Positions 52,798 to 64,000 of a DNA stretch of 64,000 nucleotides are shown one piece after another (position 1 is the first letter of the stretch; every line of letters begins with the position of its first letter). The position numbers and the translations under genes were made by a program. The notes beneath the pieces were generated by a model, which saw only the letters and a program-made list of their open reading frames with translations, did not search any database and was not told the DNA's origin. Origin of the DNA: Eledone cirrhosa (Eukaryota); contig OZ024741.1 in NCBI GenBank assembly GCA_964016885.1, positions 336,288,001-336,352,000 on the forward strand, given 5' to 3'.

Positions 52798-55539
52798 ACT
52801 CAAAACAGGCAAAAATATATAGTTTTTTTCACCAGTGTAGGTGGGCTGATTAGTATCATTTGCATATGAAGCTGTATAAGTTGGTTCAAATTAAAAGTAT
52901 GTATACGGCTATGCCATAGCTAAATTTTACTTATATATATATATATATATATATACACTAGCTCGCTCACTTGTACACCAACATCTGTTCACACTAGAAC
53001 TGGAACAGATATTGCAAAGCCTTCCATCCACCTCACTAATAATTCTTTCAATTCATCCCCTTGACTAGTACTTTATTTATCAACCCCTAAAGGATGAAAT
53101 GCAAAGTTACCCTAGGGGGATTTGAATTCAAATCACATATTTAGAACAAATACCACAAAACATGTTTTTCCAACACCATAACTTTACCAATAATCAATAA
53201 AATTTACAAATTTAAGTCAAGAATTTACAATGTTACTTTTATATATGTTTATACTGTGCTATTTATAACAATATCTTACCAATTTTATATATTGGCAGCT
53301 TAGGTGAACATTTATCCCAACCTTTTTATTGCCTATCTGATTCAATTAGTTTTGAACATTTTAATAATTTGGAAGAATTTATTTAAATAACATTTTCATG
53401 AAATTCTTATATAGCATTTTGATATGTTTTAATATAAGGAAAAAACAGTTTAAAATGGGCAGTTTGTATCACAAAACCATGGGTAATTTCCGGTGGTTTG
53501 GTATCAAAAATGTTTAGCCTGATTCTGATTTCAAAATTTTGCAGCTTCTATTTTCTGTTTGGTTTCAAAGTAGCACCATTTATTCTATAACCATTGATAT
53601 ATTTAAAGATTTAATGGGAAAATTCTTAAGGAAACTGAGTATTTTGAATATAATTAATATCAATTAGAAAATTATTAGAAATTTTACTATTTTTTTCTAA
53701 AATGATAAACTGCCTTATCATCATCATCATCATCATGTCTACTTTGAAAAATTAGTATTTTTCTAAAGTATTTTTTTTCCCCCTTTTTAAACATTTTCAA
53801 AATCCTTTGGCTTTTTCAAATATTTGTGTAATATAATTAACATAAATTTCCAATCATATACTCTTCTAAGAAGACATTTAATTATTCTTGGAAATATTTT
53901 AACTCACGAAAACCTCCCATTGATATTATTTCAATTTTATTATTATTATTATTATTTGTTTTTGTTATTTTTACATTAGTTTCTCATCATGATTGATAAT
54001 TTCATTTTAATTAAATTTAATAGTTCCATAACCGAATGGGTCTCCAGAGTTTTACTAAATTCAACATTTTTCTGTTTCTTTTTTTTTTTTTTTTTTTTTT
54101 CTGTAGTGCCAAGGTTAAGAAATCCTGTCAAAACATATTTTCTCATGTAATCGATCCTACTAGAATTTAGTGCCTGCCTAAAAATCCTGCAGTTTTTTTA
54201 AGGATGTGTTTGTCAAATAGGAAGTTGTCACATGCAAGCTTTTCTAGAATTACTGTATATACTCAATTATAAGACCATTTAAATATGAGTTCACATCTCC
54301 CTAGTTTATGTCTGAGAAATAGGTAAACATACAAATCTCATTTATAAACGAAAGCAGCTAATCAACGCATTATTTAGATGCTGTATATAAGCCAACCTCC
54401 CATTTTACCATAAATTTTACCATTATATTCCTTGGCTTATATTCGAATATATACAGTATTTTATTATATTTCTAATTTTATTATATTTCTAATAAGGATG
54501 TGATTGTGAAATGGGAAGTTGTGACATTCAAGCTTTTCTCAAATTATTTTAACCCTTTCTTTACCCTATTTATAATAAAAGACACTGCCTATGATTTTCA
54601 AAACCTTTTGAAAATAATGAAGAATTTGGTGTGATTTAATAAAATAATTTAATCATTATTAATATGGTGATTCAAACATAAAGGTTCTTACACAGAATTC
54701 TGAAAGAAGGTTTTTAGATAAATATAAAACACTTTAAACCAGATTTTGTTTTCTCATAGAAACAGGGTCAGTTTCAGGTAGTTTTTTTTAAATTAAAAGG
54801 GTTAGATTATGAGTCAAAGAAAAATTATGTAAAATATGCCACATGTATATTAAATCTTTGCCACAGAGAATTAATTTGTTTAGCTTGCCAGAATGTTGTC
54901 CACATACAGTATGGAATGGGCCTGCATATATAATTCCATCTGTATATTTATTTTAGATTTTATGAGGAGATAGTGTCTGGGGTGTGGGTGGGGTGTCAGT
55001 TGCTCTATAGTTGGATGTGTCATGGGAAGGCACATAGCCTAGTGGTTAGGGCATTGAATTCATGACCATAATTGCCACCTAGGTCCTTGGAAGTCTCTCA
55101 TAGACTCAACTCTCAATTACTCTAAAAAGGGTCTTGGATTGTGCTCTGTAACATTCCTTACATTTAACGTTTAACATTGTAGCCCAGTCATTACTTTCAC
55201 CTGAGTATTTGACTGGTATTTATTTTATTGACCCTAAGACGGAAAGAAATCTGTCATGAAATTTGAACTTAGTACATAAGTTTTGTTACCAGCCTGCCTA
55301 AAGCCATCTATGATTATGTGTAACAATATCACCTACTTTAAAGGTTTCTTATTTAATTTAAAATCTTCCAGCATAATATTATATGAAAATATTTTATGCT
55401 ATGTTACAAATATCAAATTCTTCATTTACTAATTCTTAACATCATGTAATGATTTAGCAGAAAGTATCTAAAAATATGTAGATTTGCTAATTCAAACATC
55501 TATAATATATTTACTAGTGGACAGATTATTGTGAAAAGT

Positions 55540-55900
55540 TGCAGTATTATCTTTATAAAACCCTAGTCCAAAATATACGGCACATTGTACATGTTGTACA
55601 AAAAAATGGACATATGACTTATTTATTGGGCCTACAAACCTTAGTTCAAAATATATGGTACACTGTAAATATTCTATGCAAAATGTAGCTATGACTTATT
55701 TACTTGACCTACAAAAGCTCAATTCAAAATATATGGTATATTGTAAGTAATATGGCAGTGAGGCATATCTACTGGACTTACAAAACCATAATTTAAAATA
55801 CATGATACATTGTAAAGGTATGTAAAATAGAAGTGTGAATTATTCATCAGACCTACAAAATCTCAGTTCGAAATATATGGTACATTGTAAATGTATGAAA
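55540..55900. repeat. Degenerate ~60-75-bp tandem repeat
   Basis: Recurring CCTACAAA..TTCAAAATATATGGTACATTGTAA. Confidence 0.75.
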
Positions 55901-56569
55901 AATTAGAAACCAATATTTATACTATTTATTAGGCATTTTCCATTTTTCTTTAGATCTTAGTCAGGGAGTAATAATCTTTGTCTATGATCATTTATTAATC
56001 TCAGAGCTTCTGTGAATAGTGAGATGAAGGGTGGAAGTTATTTAAAAAAAACCTGATACTTGACCCAAATACAACATTTTGTACTCCACTAAAGACACCC
56101 AAGGACCAGGTAGAGGAGTTAAACTGTGTGAGTGATTAAGTCTATTACCCTAAGAATTCAATGTAAAGAGACAGAAAAAATACCACAAGGCACCTCATCC
56201 AATTATTTAATAATTCTGCCAATCCAATGCTCTGGTCTGGTATTTATTATATTAATCATGAAAGGAAAATTTGACATAAGACTTTATGCTGTAAGCATTT
56301 GGGCCAGTAGTTATGGAGGTTCTTGAAAAGAGTCATGGAACACATCTCCTCTCTCTCTGACTAAGCAGTAAAAAAAATTCTATTGAGTTGTTTGGTACAT
56401 CACTGAAGATACAGAAAGTAGGGTGAGACTATTCTACATATATATATATATATGTGTGTGTGTATAGAAAGCCTGCCAAACAAAGGGTTGGGAGGAGACT
56501 TCAGTTGTGTCAAAAACAGGATAACTTCCTCAGTGCACTTGATAGAATTGTAAGACTGTATCTATGTTA

Positions 56570-57262
56570 TATGCAGACCCTCCTGGCCTGTCTGGGAGGT
56601 CAGTAGTCCCAAGATGTGTGTTGAGCAATGAAACCATCCTGCACACTCTTATCAAGTGTCTGATTGTTGCTGATTTGGGGGTTGTGTCAAACACCAACTG
56701 TCATATGAAGGACAGATCTGAGTCCATTGTGAAGATCACCCTGCCATCTTCCTTAAAAGAGGAAGGGCAGGCAGGTTTTATTTGCCTGGTGGCCATGCCA
56801 AAAACGGTCTTGTAGTGAATGCGTTTAAAAGGGTTGAAGACATGCACTTTCCTCTTCGGCAAAGCCCTGGTTAACTTTTTCAGGTTTCACCTGAAGAGAA
56901 AGATCAGGGTGAGAGGAAAGTGCTGCCTTCCAGCCAGTTTGTTGAAAAGTGGTTGAGAGAGGCAAGCATGGTAAAAAAGTGAAGGAGCCTGCTCTGAGTA
57001 TGCACTTGTAAATTGGAGGAGGACAACTGAGAAGGGGAACTTGCCCTAGCAGCCAAGGTTATCGTGGTTCTTGTGGGCTTTCCCCACAAGAGAACCACAA
57101 ATGTCTCCCTACATTTGGGGAATTTATGTTTGGTTTATTTAAATGTTTATTTTTTTTAGTCTTTGTTATAATTTTTTTTACAAAATACCACCCACGCTGT
57201 ACCATTCTGTGCTATTTTTATTGTTTTCTTAATGTGAGCCCTGTGTAGCTAATAAAGAAGTT
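56570..57262 (+). mobile_element. Decayed Tx1/L1 3' fragment
   Basis: Homologous to 5150-5825 (NETILHTLIKC, EGQAGFICL). Confidence 0.75.
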
Positions 57263-57274
57263 ATTTTTATTATT

Positions 57275-57995
57275 ATGGATTGGCAGTATTGGTAGAGCAT
57301 CGGACAGGATGCTTTGCAGCATAGAGTTATGTCCCTTTATGTTCTGATTCCAAGGTTAGCTTTGCCTTTCATCCTTCTGGCATCACTAAAATAAAGTACC
57401 AGTAACACACTGAGCTCAATTTAATTGACTTTCCCCCTCTCCCCCCAAAATTGTTAGTCTTGTCTCTAAATCAGAAATCATTAGGGCGGTGGATTGGCAG
57501 TATTGACATCGGACAACATGTTTTGCAGCATAGAGTTATGGTCCTTTATGTTTTGAATTCAAATCCCACCAAGTTTAGCTTTGACTTTCATCCTTACGGG
57601 GTCGATAAAATAATTGTTTCTATTTTTGGCACAAGGCCAGCAATTATCCCAGTACATTACTGGTACTTTATTTTATCGACCCCGTAAGGCTGAAAGGCAA
57701 AGTTAACCCGGCGGGATTTGAACTCAGGCCGTAAAGGGACGTAACTCTATGCTGCAAACCATGGCGCTCAATCCTTTACCAATACTGCCAATCCACCGCC
57801 TTATACAGTCGATAAAATAATGCACTGAGGTTGGTTTAATTGACTTTTTCCTACCCCCAAATTCGTTGGCTTTGTGCCTAAATCAGAAACTATTATTATT
57901 ATTCTCTCTTCATCCTTACGGGGTCGATAAAATGAAGTACCAGTAATACACTGGGTGATTGCTGGCCTTGTGCCTAAAGTAGAAACAATTATTAT
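57275..57995. mobile_element. Cluster of OK/OR-like SINEs in both orientations
   Basis: Plus copies at 57275-57610, a minus copy at 57611-57800, then further plus fragments. Confidence 0.8.
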
Positions 57996-58347
57996 TATTT
58001 TCTCTGTGCTGCATACAACTACATTCATACAGTTCATCAGATTTACTTATATGAAGTTTGATACTTAAAGACTTTTACAGATTTCACCACCAATCAGAAG
58101 AATCATTTTATCTTGCTGACTCTGGAATTACATTAAACTTGATATGTTATTAGTATAAATCCTTATTTACCTGAATACTTACTCATGTGCTAAATCATCA
58201 TCACCATTTAATGTCCATTTTCCCATGCTTACATGGGTTAGACGGGTCAGCCATGCCAAGAATCAAGTTTAGCCAGAGTTGGCCATGTTCCACCTTGCTC
58301 CAGCGAGGACTGTATATTTAGCAGGGTATTTCACAGCTATATATATA

Positions 58348-59313
58348 CTAGCAGCAGGACCCGGCGTTACATGGGGTAGGAAACGTGAAATAGCAACACG
58401 CATATGCAAAGATGTAGAAATGTAGCTGTGTACTTTTTGAATTCCCTTATTCACAGGGAATGATTGAGGATCAACGTAGTCAATTGTGTGAAAACCAAGT
58501 AGGGATGTACATTTAAGTAGGGATATTGAGATGACAAAATCAGCATGACAACGCAGCTGCAGCAAGAGGGGGTCATAGTGCAATTAGCACAAACGTTGGG
58601 TGGCACTGATTGCACTGCGTTTACACAGCAACAAAGGTGCAACAAAAGGGCTCATCGCTGAATTAGCACAACCGCTGTTCAGCATACTTGCGCAGGGCAT
58701 TCATACTGTGGTGTAGTTGCAACAAAAGGGGTCTTAGTAGAAGTAGCACAGGCATGAGTTTTACGGTGTCAATAACACGGCAATCTACACAATTTACGTG
58801 TGATGAAAGCACGAAGCGTCAACAGGGCGCCGACAAAAATTTTAAGGTCCTCCTCATTTCCTCAATCCCCCGAAAATGGTCCTGCTTAAAAGTAAGTAAG
58901 TGTTGTGACCTCTGTTAAATAAACCAACTTTTTAACGAAATATTATATGCTACTTACGATGTTTAAGTAGCGTTTGTATTGAAAATGAAAATGGCATGTA
59001 ATGTCCAATGCTAATTCGTAAATTTCCTAGAAACCATCAATGGAATCAGAATTCTTTTTGCCCACAGCAATGCGAGGGGACTAACTAATGTGTGTTGCAA
59101 ATGTCAAGGAAATCGGCTGGATTATCTTTAAGTTACGCCTCAAAAAAGCCTAAAAATGCCTTTAAAATGCGTTAAAGCCTAAAAATCTAGCCCATTGCAC
59201 TGCAAGAAATATAAGTAATGCATGTGCAAAGTTTGAAAAAAATCGGTCGGATACTTTTCGAGTTTTAGGGATTTACACAGACAGACATCCTCTGTTTTAT
59301 ATATATAGTTAGA
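58348..59313 (-). mobile_element. Non-autonomous Helitron
   Basis: rc starts TCTAACTATATATATAAAACAGAGGATGTCTGTCTG and ends AACGCCGGGTCCTGCTGCTAG|T, the same 3' design as 715-1478. Confidence 0.75.
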
Positions 59314-59326
59314 TATATATATATAT

Positions 59327-59715
59327 AAAAGATCGGAGACCACATTCAGTTGATTCAGGTTTATTTCAAACTCTGTTATACATATTTCACTGAGGACTAT
59401 TGGATATGATAACCTGAACTCTTCAGATTGCAAAACCTAAAATAAACATTGAAAATTCCTAGGAAACCAAAAGTTTTTTTCGGGGAAATTATTGGATTTT
59501 TCCAAATCTAAAGGTTTCTTAAGAACTTTCAATGTTTATTTTAGGTTTTGCTGTCTAAAAAGCTCAGGCTATCACAACCGATAGTCCTCAGTGATATATG
59601 TTTAATGGAGTTTAAAATAAACCTGAATCAACTGAATATGGCCTCCAACCTTTTATTAATAAATAATGCTCCACCTTATACCATTATTGAGCGCTTATCT
59701 TTATCTGCTTTGCAA
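59327..59715. repeat. Older, diverged fold-back element with decayed hammerheads and tail
   Basis: Arms ~59327-59468 / 59513-59654; the left arm rc has CTGAAGA..GAAA-TATGTA-TA-ACAG. Confidence 0.7.
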
Positions 59716-60820
59716 CTGACATACCATAGTGTGCTCCACACATCTCTGTAATATTCAATCTCATGTAAAAGTTGACCACAGTATTTCTCCCAGTATTTCA
59801 TAGATAAAAGGTCAACATTTATGGGTCAAGGTATTGTCCTGTTCATAGAAATAACATTGCTACAAAACTGTCATGAATTTAAGGCAAATTTATATTATGG
59901 CAAATACATGTCTGAAACTAAACACTTTCTTTACTGTGTCCCTGAAACTAAAGATTTACCCAAAAGTTACACTGAATTAATTATAAATAAAAATGCCATA
60001 ATATACCATACCATAATACACATGAGATAAGTGTAATTTTAACCATGAATATGAAAATAATGTGATTGCAGAGTTAGGATGTGAAACATGCCAAGCAGGC
60101 ATTGATCATGTGCACAGTATTATGGTAGGTAGTGGCATATCAGTAATATACCCATGGTATATACAGTAATTATGAGATATAGATTGATTGCACTAAGCTA
60201 GTCTTTTAAGTTTGATGGATACAAATAGAAGAGCAAGTGTAAATATTGTTTCTACTTTTGGCACAAGGCTAGAAATGATTCCAGTGCATTACTGGTACTT
60301 TATTTTATTGACCCCGTAAGGATGAAAAGCAAACTTAACCTGGGTGGGATTTGAACTCAAACAGTAAAATGGCCGTAACTCTATGCTGCAAAGCATGGTG
60401 GCCGACCCTCCACCGATACTGCCAATCCAATGTCCTTGTAAATATTAATAAGAGCTATACTGCCTTGTTTAAGAAATTTGTTATTTACTAGAACGTGTTT
60501 TGATGCATAGAATCGGTAACTCATTGTTTTTGTTTTTATTCATTTACTTGGCCTTCCGCTACTGATACGGTACTTTGGATTCTTGCTAAAATTTCAAGTC
60601 CCTCAAAAGCATTGTCCATGTAATAGTCCACCCTATAAATTTAACCTTAAAAAATGGTCTAAAAGATTCTACTTTAACATGAGTATATATGGCGTGTGTA
60701 TATATATATATATATGTATATAAATATATATATATAAATATATATAAACATAAATATAAATATATATATATATATATATAAATATAAATATATATATATA
60801 TGCATATATGTATGTATATA

Positions 60821-62908
60821 GTTATATTTGGGGAGGGTCATATTTGCGTAATATTGCCAGAATTAATAACAGAACACACTCACTGTTTGGTTGGTTTTCG
60901 CTTCTCGCTGTCTTTTATATCTACGATCTAACTTACTCGGTCCTCAATGTTGCCATTGACTGACCGGCGGTCAAAAATAATACAGATACAATATAGACAC
61001 AAACACATATATATAGTTTACATAATTTACATAAATCTTTCGTTGCACATCTGCAACATCGTCAGTGGTGTTATATTCATTGTTCCTCCTGTTGTGTTGT
61101 ATGTCTACGCCATTTTTTATTCAGTCTGTCTACATATTTATTTATTTATTTGCTTGTTTGTTTATCTTATTTTATTTTGTCTTCTTTGCGCATGCGTTTG
61201 CGTGTGTGTATAGTGTTATGCGTGATGTGTGACTAGTGTGTATAGTGTTGTGTCTGCTGGGTGACTAGTGTGTGTTTATGTGCTTGTTATTGTGCTTGTT
61301 GTTATTGTGCTTGTGTATGTATTTATTTATCTTATTTTATTTTATTTTATTTACTTATTTATACTTCTCTTAGGTCAGTGTTGTTTGTTTGGGTGTTGTT
61401 GTTGTTCCACTCATTCTTTCTGTTTAGCTTTGGTCTTCTAATTTCTATTTCACTGGCCTCTCTGATTTGCCTATCTGCTGGGTCATTCCTATGTTTAGAT
61501 ATTATTCTAATTTCTATGTTGTCTATGTTACCGTCATGTTGTTGTCTAGCATGTTCGTATAGTACTGACCCGTTTTTTCGTCCTTTTAGTTCCCCCCAGT
61601 GTTGGTCTATCATTTCACCTATGCTACGAGCTGTCTCACCTATGTATGTTGTTGTCATGTTTCTGCAAGTACCCTCTGTACATCTTATGCTATAGACTAC
61701 GTTTCTAGTTTTACAGTTTATCCGGGGGTTCACCTTACATATGATACATTTCCTATTGGTACAGTGGGTTTTCTTAAAAGGGTAGGTTTTGCTGATCAGG
61801 GATTTTATGGTGGTTCCTGGCTTTTCTACCACCTTTATTTTTAAGTGGGTCTTTCTCAGGGCCTTTCTACACTGGTTAGCTAATTTCCCTCCAGGGGTGG
61901 CGTCCACAAACATGACACTCTGATATCTCTGGTTGTCGTACCATGATGTGGTCTTCCCTATCTTATGTCTAGCCCTATCTAAGCTATTCCATGATTTGCT
62001 CCTGTATAGTGGGCAAATTCCTTTCATGTCCAGTTCTATGAGGGTCTTATACTTTTCCATGGCTCCTTCGTATACTCTGACTCTGTCTCTTTGGTTGTAG
62101 CCAGAGAACTGCATGCGGTTGATGAAGTGTTGGATGTGTCTTTCCATTTGTGTGGGTCGCACATGCTGGACACATTCTTCATCACTCGTACCAAATCTGC
62201 GATCAGAATATTAAACTTAGCACTACTGGACATTGCTGAGATTTTGAGTATCAGGTATTTGGAGGCCATGGCTTTAGCATAGTGTGAGTGGAGAATTTGG
62301 GCTCTCTCGTCTATAGTGTTAATCCAGAGTTCTGTGTCTAATACAGGTAGTCTATTGTTAGGGTGTTTGGAAGGGAAGTCGATAGTTACAGTTATACTCT
62401 GGTGTATGGAATTAGCTATCTGCTGGATGCTTTCCATCGTGCTACGTTCTAAATCAAACTTGTTAGTGCTCTCTAGTGGGGGTGTTCTTATAACTATATT
62501 GATATCGTCTACATAACGAGAGTACATGATGAGGTCTATGGAGCTTTCATTAAGGAGATCTTTAAGTCTCCTTTCCCACCATACCATGAAAAGGTTGGCA
62601 ACATCACCAGCTATGCTGACGCCGATGGCTGCTCCCTCATTTTGGGTGTAGATTTTCTCATTGAACTTAAATATGTGGCCCTTTAGGGTAGTTTTGATAC
62701 TAGCCCCTATTGCATGTGCGACCGTTTTTCTTACCTGATCAGTGTTTTGGGGGGTCCGTATAGCTTTGGTCCACCCAATCCACCTTCCTATGGGAGTCTC
62801 TTTACACTTGCAATTCTGGCAATATTACGCAAATATGACCCTCGCCAAATATAACAATATCTGTTTCGACACACGATTTCATATAAAAAACCTCGCTAAA
62901 CTAATTCA
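60821..62908 (-). mobile_element. 5'-truncated Penelope-like retroelement, probably Naiad clade (RT + Zn knuckle + GIY-YIG)
   Basis: QNEGAAIG..MVWW, RYVDD, LPVLD; frameshift; MFVDATPGG, CxxxxCxxC, NVVYSIRC..YIGETARS; 44-bp inverted termini 60821-60864 / 62812-62855 plus tail; (TA)n flanks. Confidence 0.9.
61027..61072 (-). ncRNA. Hammerhead ribozyme in the PLE pseudo-LTR
   Basis: CTGACGA-tGTTGCAgatgTGCAAC-GAAA-gatt-TA; stem I is weak. Confidence 0.65.
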
Positions 62909-62938
62909 TGTATGTATATATATATATATGTATATAAA

Positions 62939-63008
<70 letters not shown>

Positions 63009-63119
63009 ACCATGCTAGCGTGGAAAATGGACGTTAAACGAAGATGATGATGATGATGATGTATGTAAATATATATATATGTATGTAAATATATATATGC
63101 ATATATATATACATATATA

Positions 63120-63613
63120 TTTCGTTTCTGAATTTGTTTAGCAAGATTCTTTATCTGAAAACGTGTGTTGAAACCGATATTGTTATGCTTTGGAATAGCA
63201 ACATCACATCTTACAATTAAGGACAAAATGAAAACACACACACACATTGAACAAACAACCGACCAGTAACATGTAAATAAACAAATAAATAAACGAATAT
63301 AAACACACACAGACACCCGGATGTAACACATGTGCAAACTAAGCACACAACACACACAAAAACAAGATGGCGTAGGACAGAACAAAGGAGAGGCACAAAA
63401 TTAAAGAAAAGAATCCCGTCACTGAAGAGGTCACAGAATGCGTGACGAAAGAAGTTTGACAATATATGAACAATCGTCTGGTTGTGGAACCAACCAACCA
63501 ACCGGAATTTATAAATTCTTAAATTTATAAATTTAATTTATAATAAATTGAAGTGAAAGCAACTGGTGCGTGTGTTTATTATTGGCAACATGACCCTCCC
63601 AAAGCATAACAAT
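63120..63613 (+). mobile_element. PLE pseudo-LTR copy (family of 39867) with inverted tail; hammerhead at ~63418-63460
   Basis: GTCA-CTGAAGA-gGTCAC..GTGAC-GAAA-gaag-TT-TGAC; short inverted ends ATTGTTATGCTTTGG / CCAAAGCATAACAAT. Confidence 0.85.
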
Positions 63614-64000
63614 ATACACATATATATATATATATAGATATATTATATCTTATATATATATTATATATATTATATATATATTATATATATATTATATATA
63701 TTATATATATATTATATATATATATATAAGAGAGTATTGAAGTTTGCTTGAAGCATTGTGGAATAATAAGATTTATTTTCTTTTGGTCGTTTTGGAAGCC
63801 TCAACAATACAGATGGGTAATTCTCTGAGTAACAAGATCCGGTGGTGAAGAGAGAGATGTAAGTGAAAGTAGAATGAGATGTATAGTGTGTATAACGTAG
63901 AAAAGTGTGTAAAAAATGAAAATAACACGAGATAGAGTTACCTTGGGACAGATTTAATTGTCCCTATATTTCGGATTCACATCCATCAACTAAGTGGTTT

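Noticed and set aside
54068-54170. Strong acceptor-like site (T)n-CTGTAG (also TTCCAG at 4250 and a possible micro-exon at 12840-12854)
   Set aside because: No convincing frame or homology; cannot be supported without RNA data.
61359-62740. Selenocysteine recoding in the Naiad-like ORF
   Set aside because: No in-frame UGA in the visible ORF segments; the break is a frameshift.
63950-64000. Hammerhead-like TTGATGG-ATGTGAATCC-GAAA on - strand
   Set aside because: Core deviates at two positions, no stem I, and it is cut by the window edge.

Overview
AT-rich, repeat-dense eukaryotic DNA. The SINE families, RTE LINEs and (TA)n/(CAT)n/(TACA)n microsatellites point to a coleoid cephalopod, probably Octopus (inference). 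The window is intronic or intergenic, with at most one credible host exon (~30113-30307). It holds decayed R4/Dong, Tx1/L1 and RTE LINEs, a mariner, a pogo/Tigger element, two non-autonomous Helitrons, TTAA MITEs, several tRNA-derived SINE families and a 5'-truncated Penelope-like element (PLE, probably Naiad clade, RT plus GIY-YIG). The main unexplained structure is at least 11 fold-back (palindromic) elements, most inserted in (TA)n tracts. Nearly all carry an intact, degenerate or half hammerhead ribozyme (CUGANGA..GAAA..UH, often with a palindromic loop III). Most have a one-sided 3' tail, many with a shared TRTYGAGYRCT-like motif. Some fold back exactly on ribozyme stem II, and one family occurs as two flip/flop isomers. 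All alignments and folds were done by eye; boundaries are approximate.
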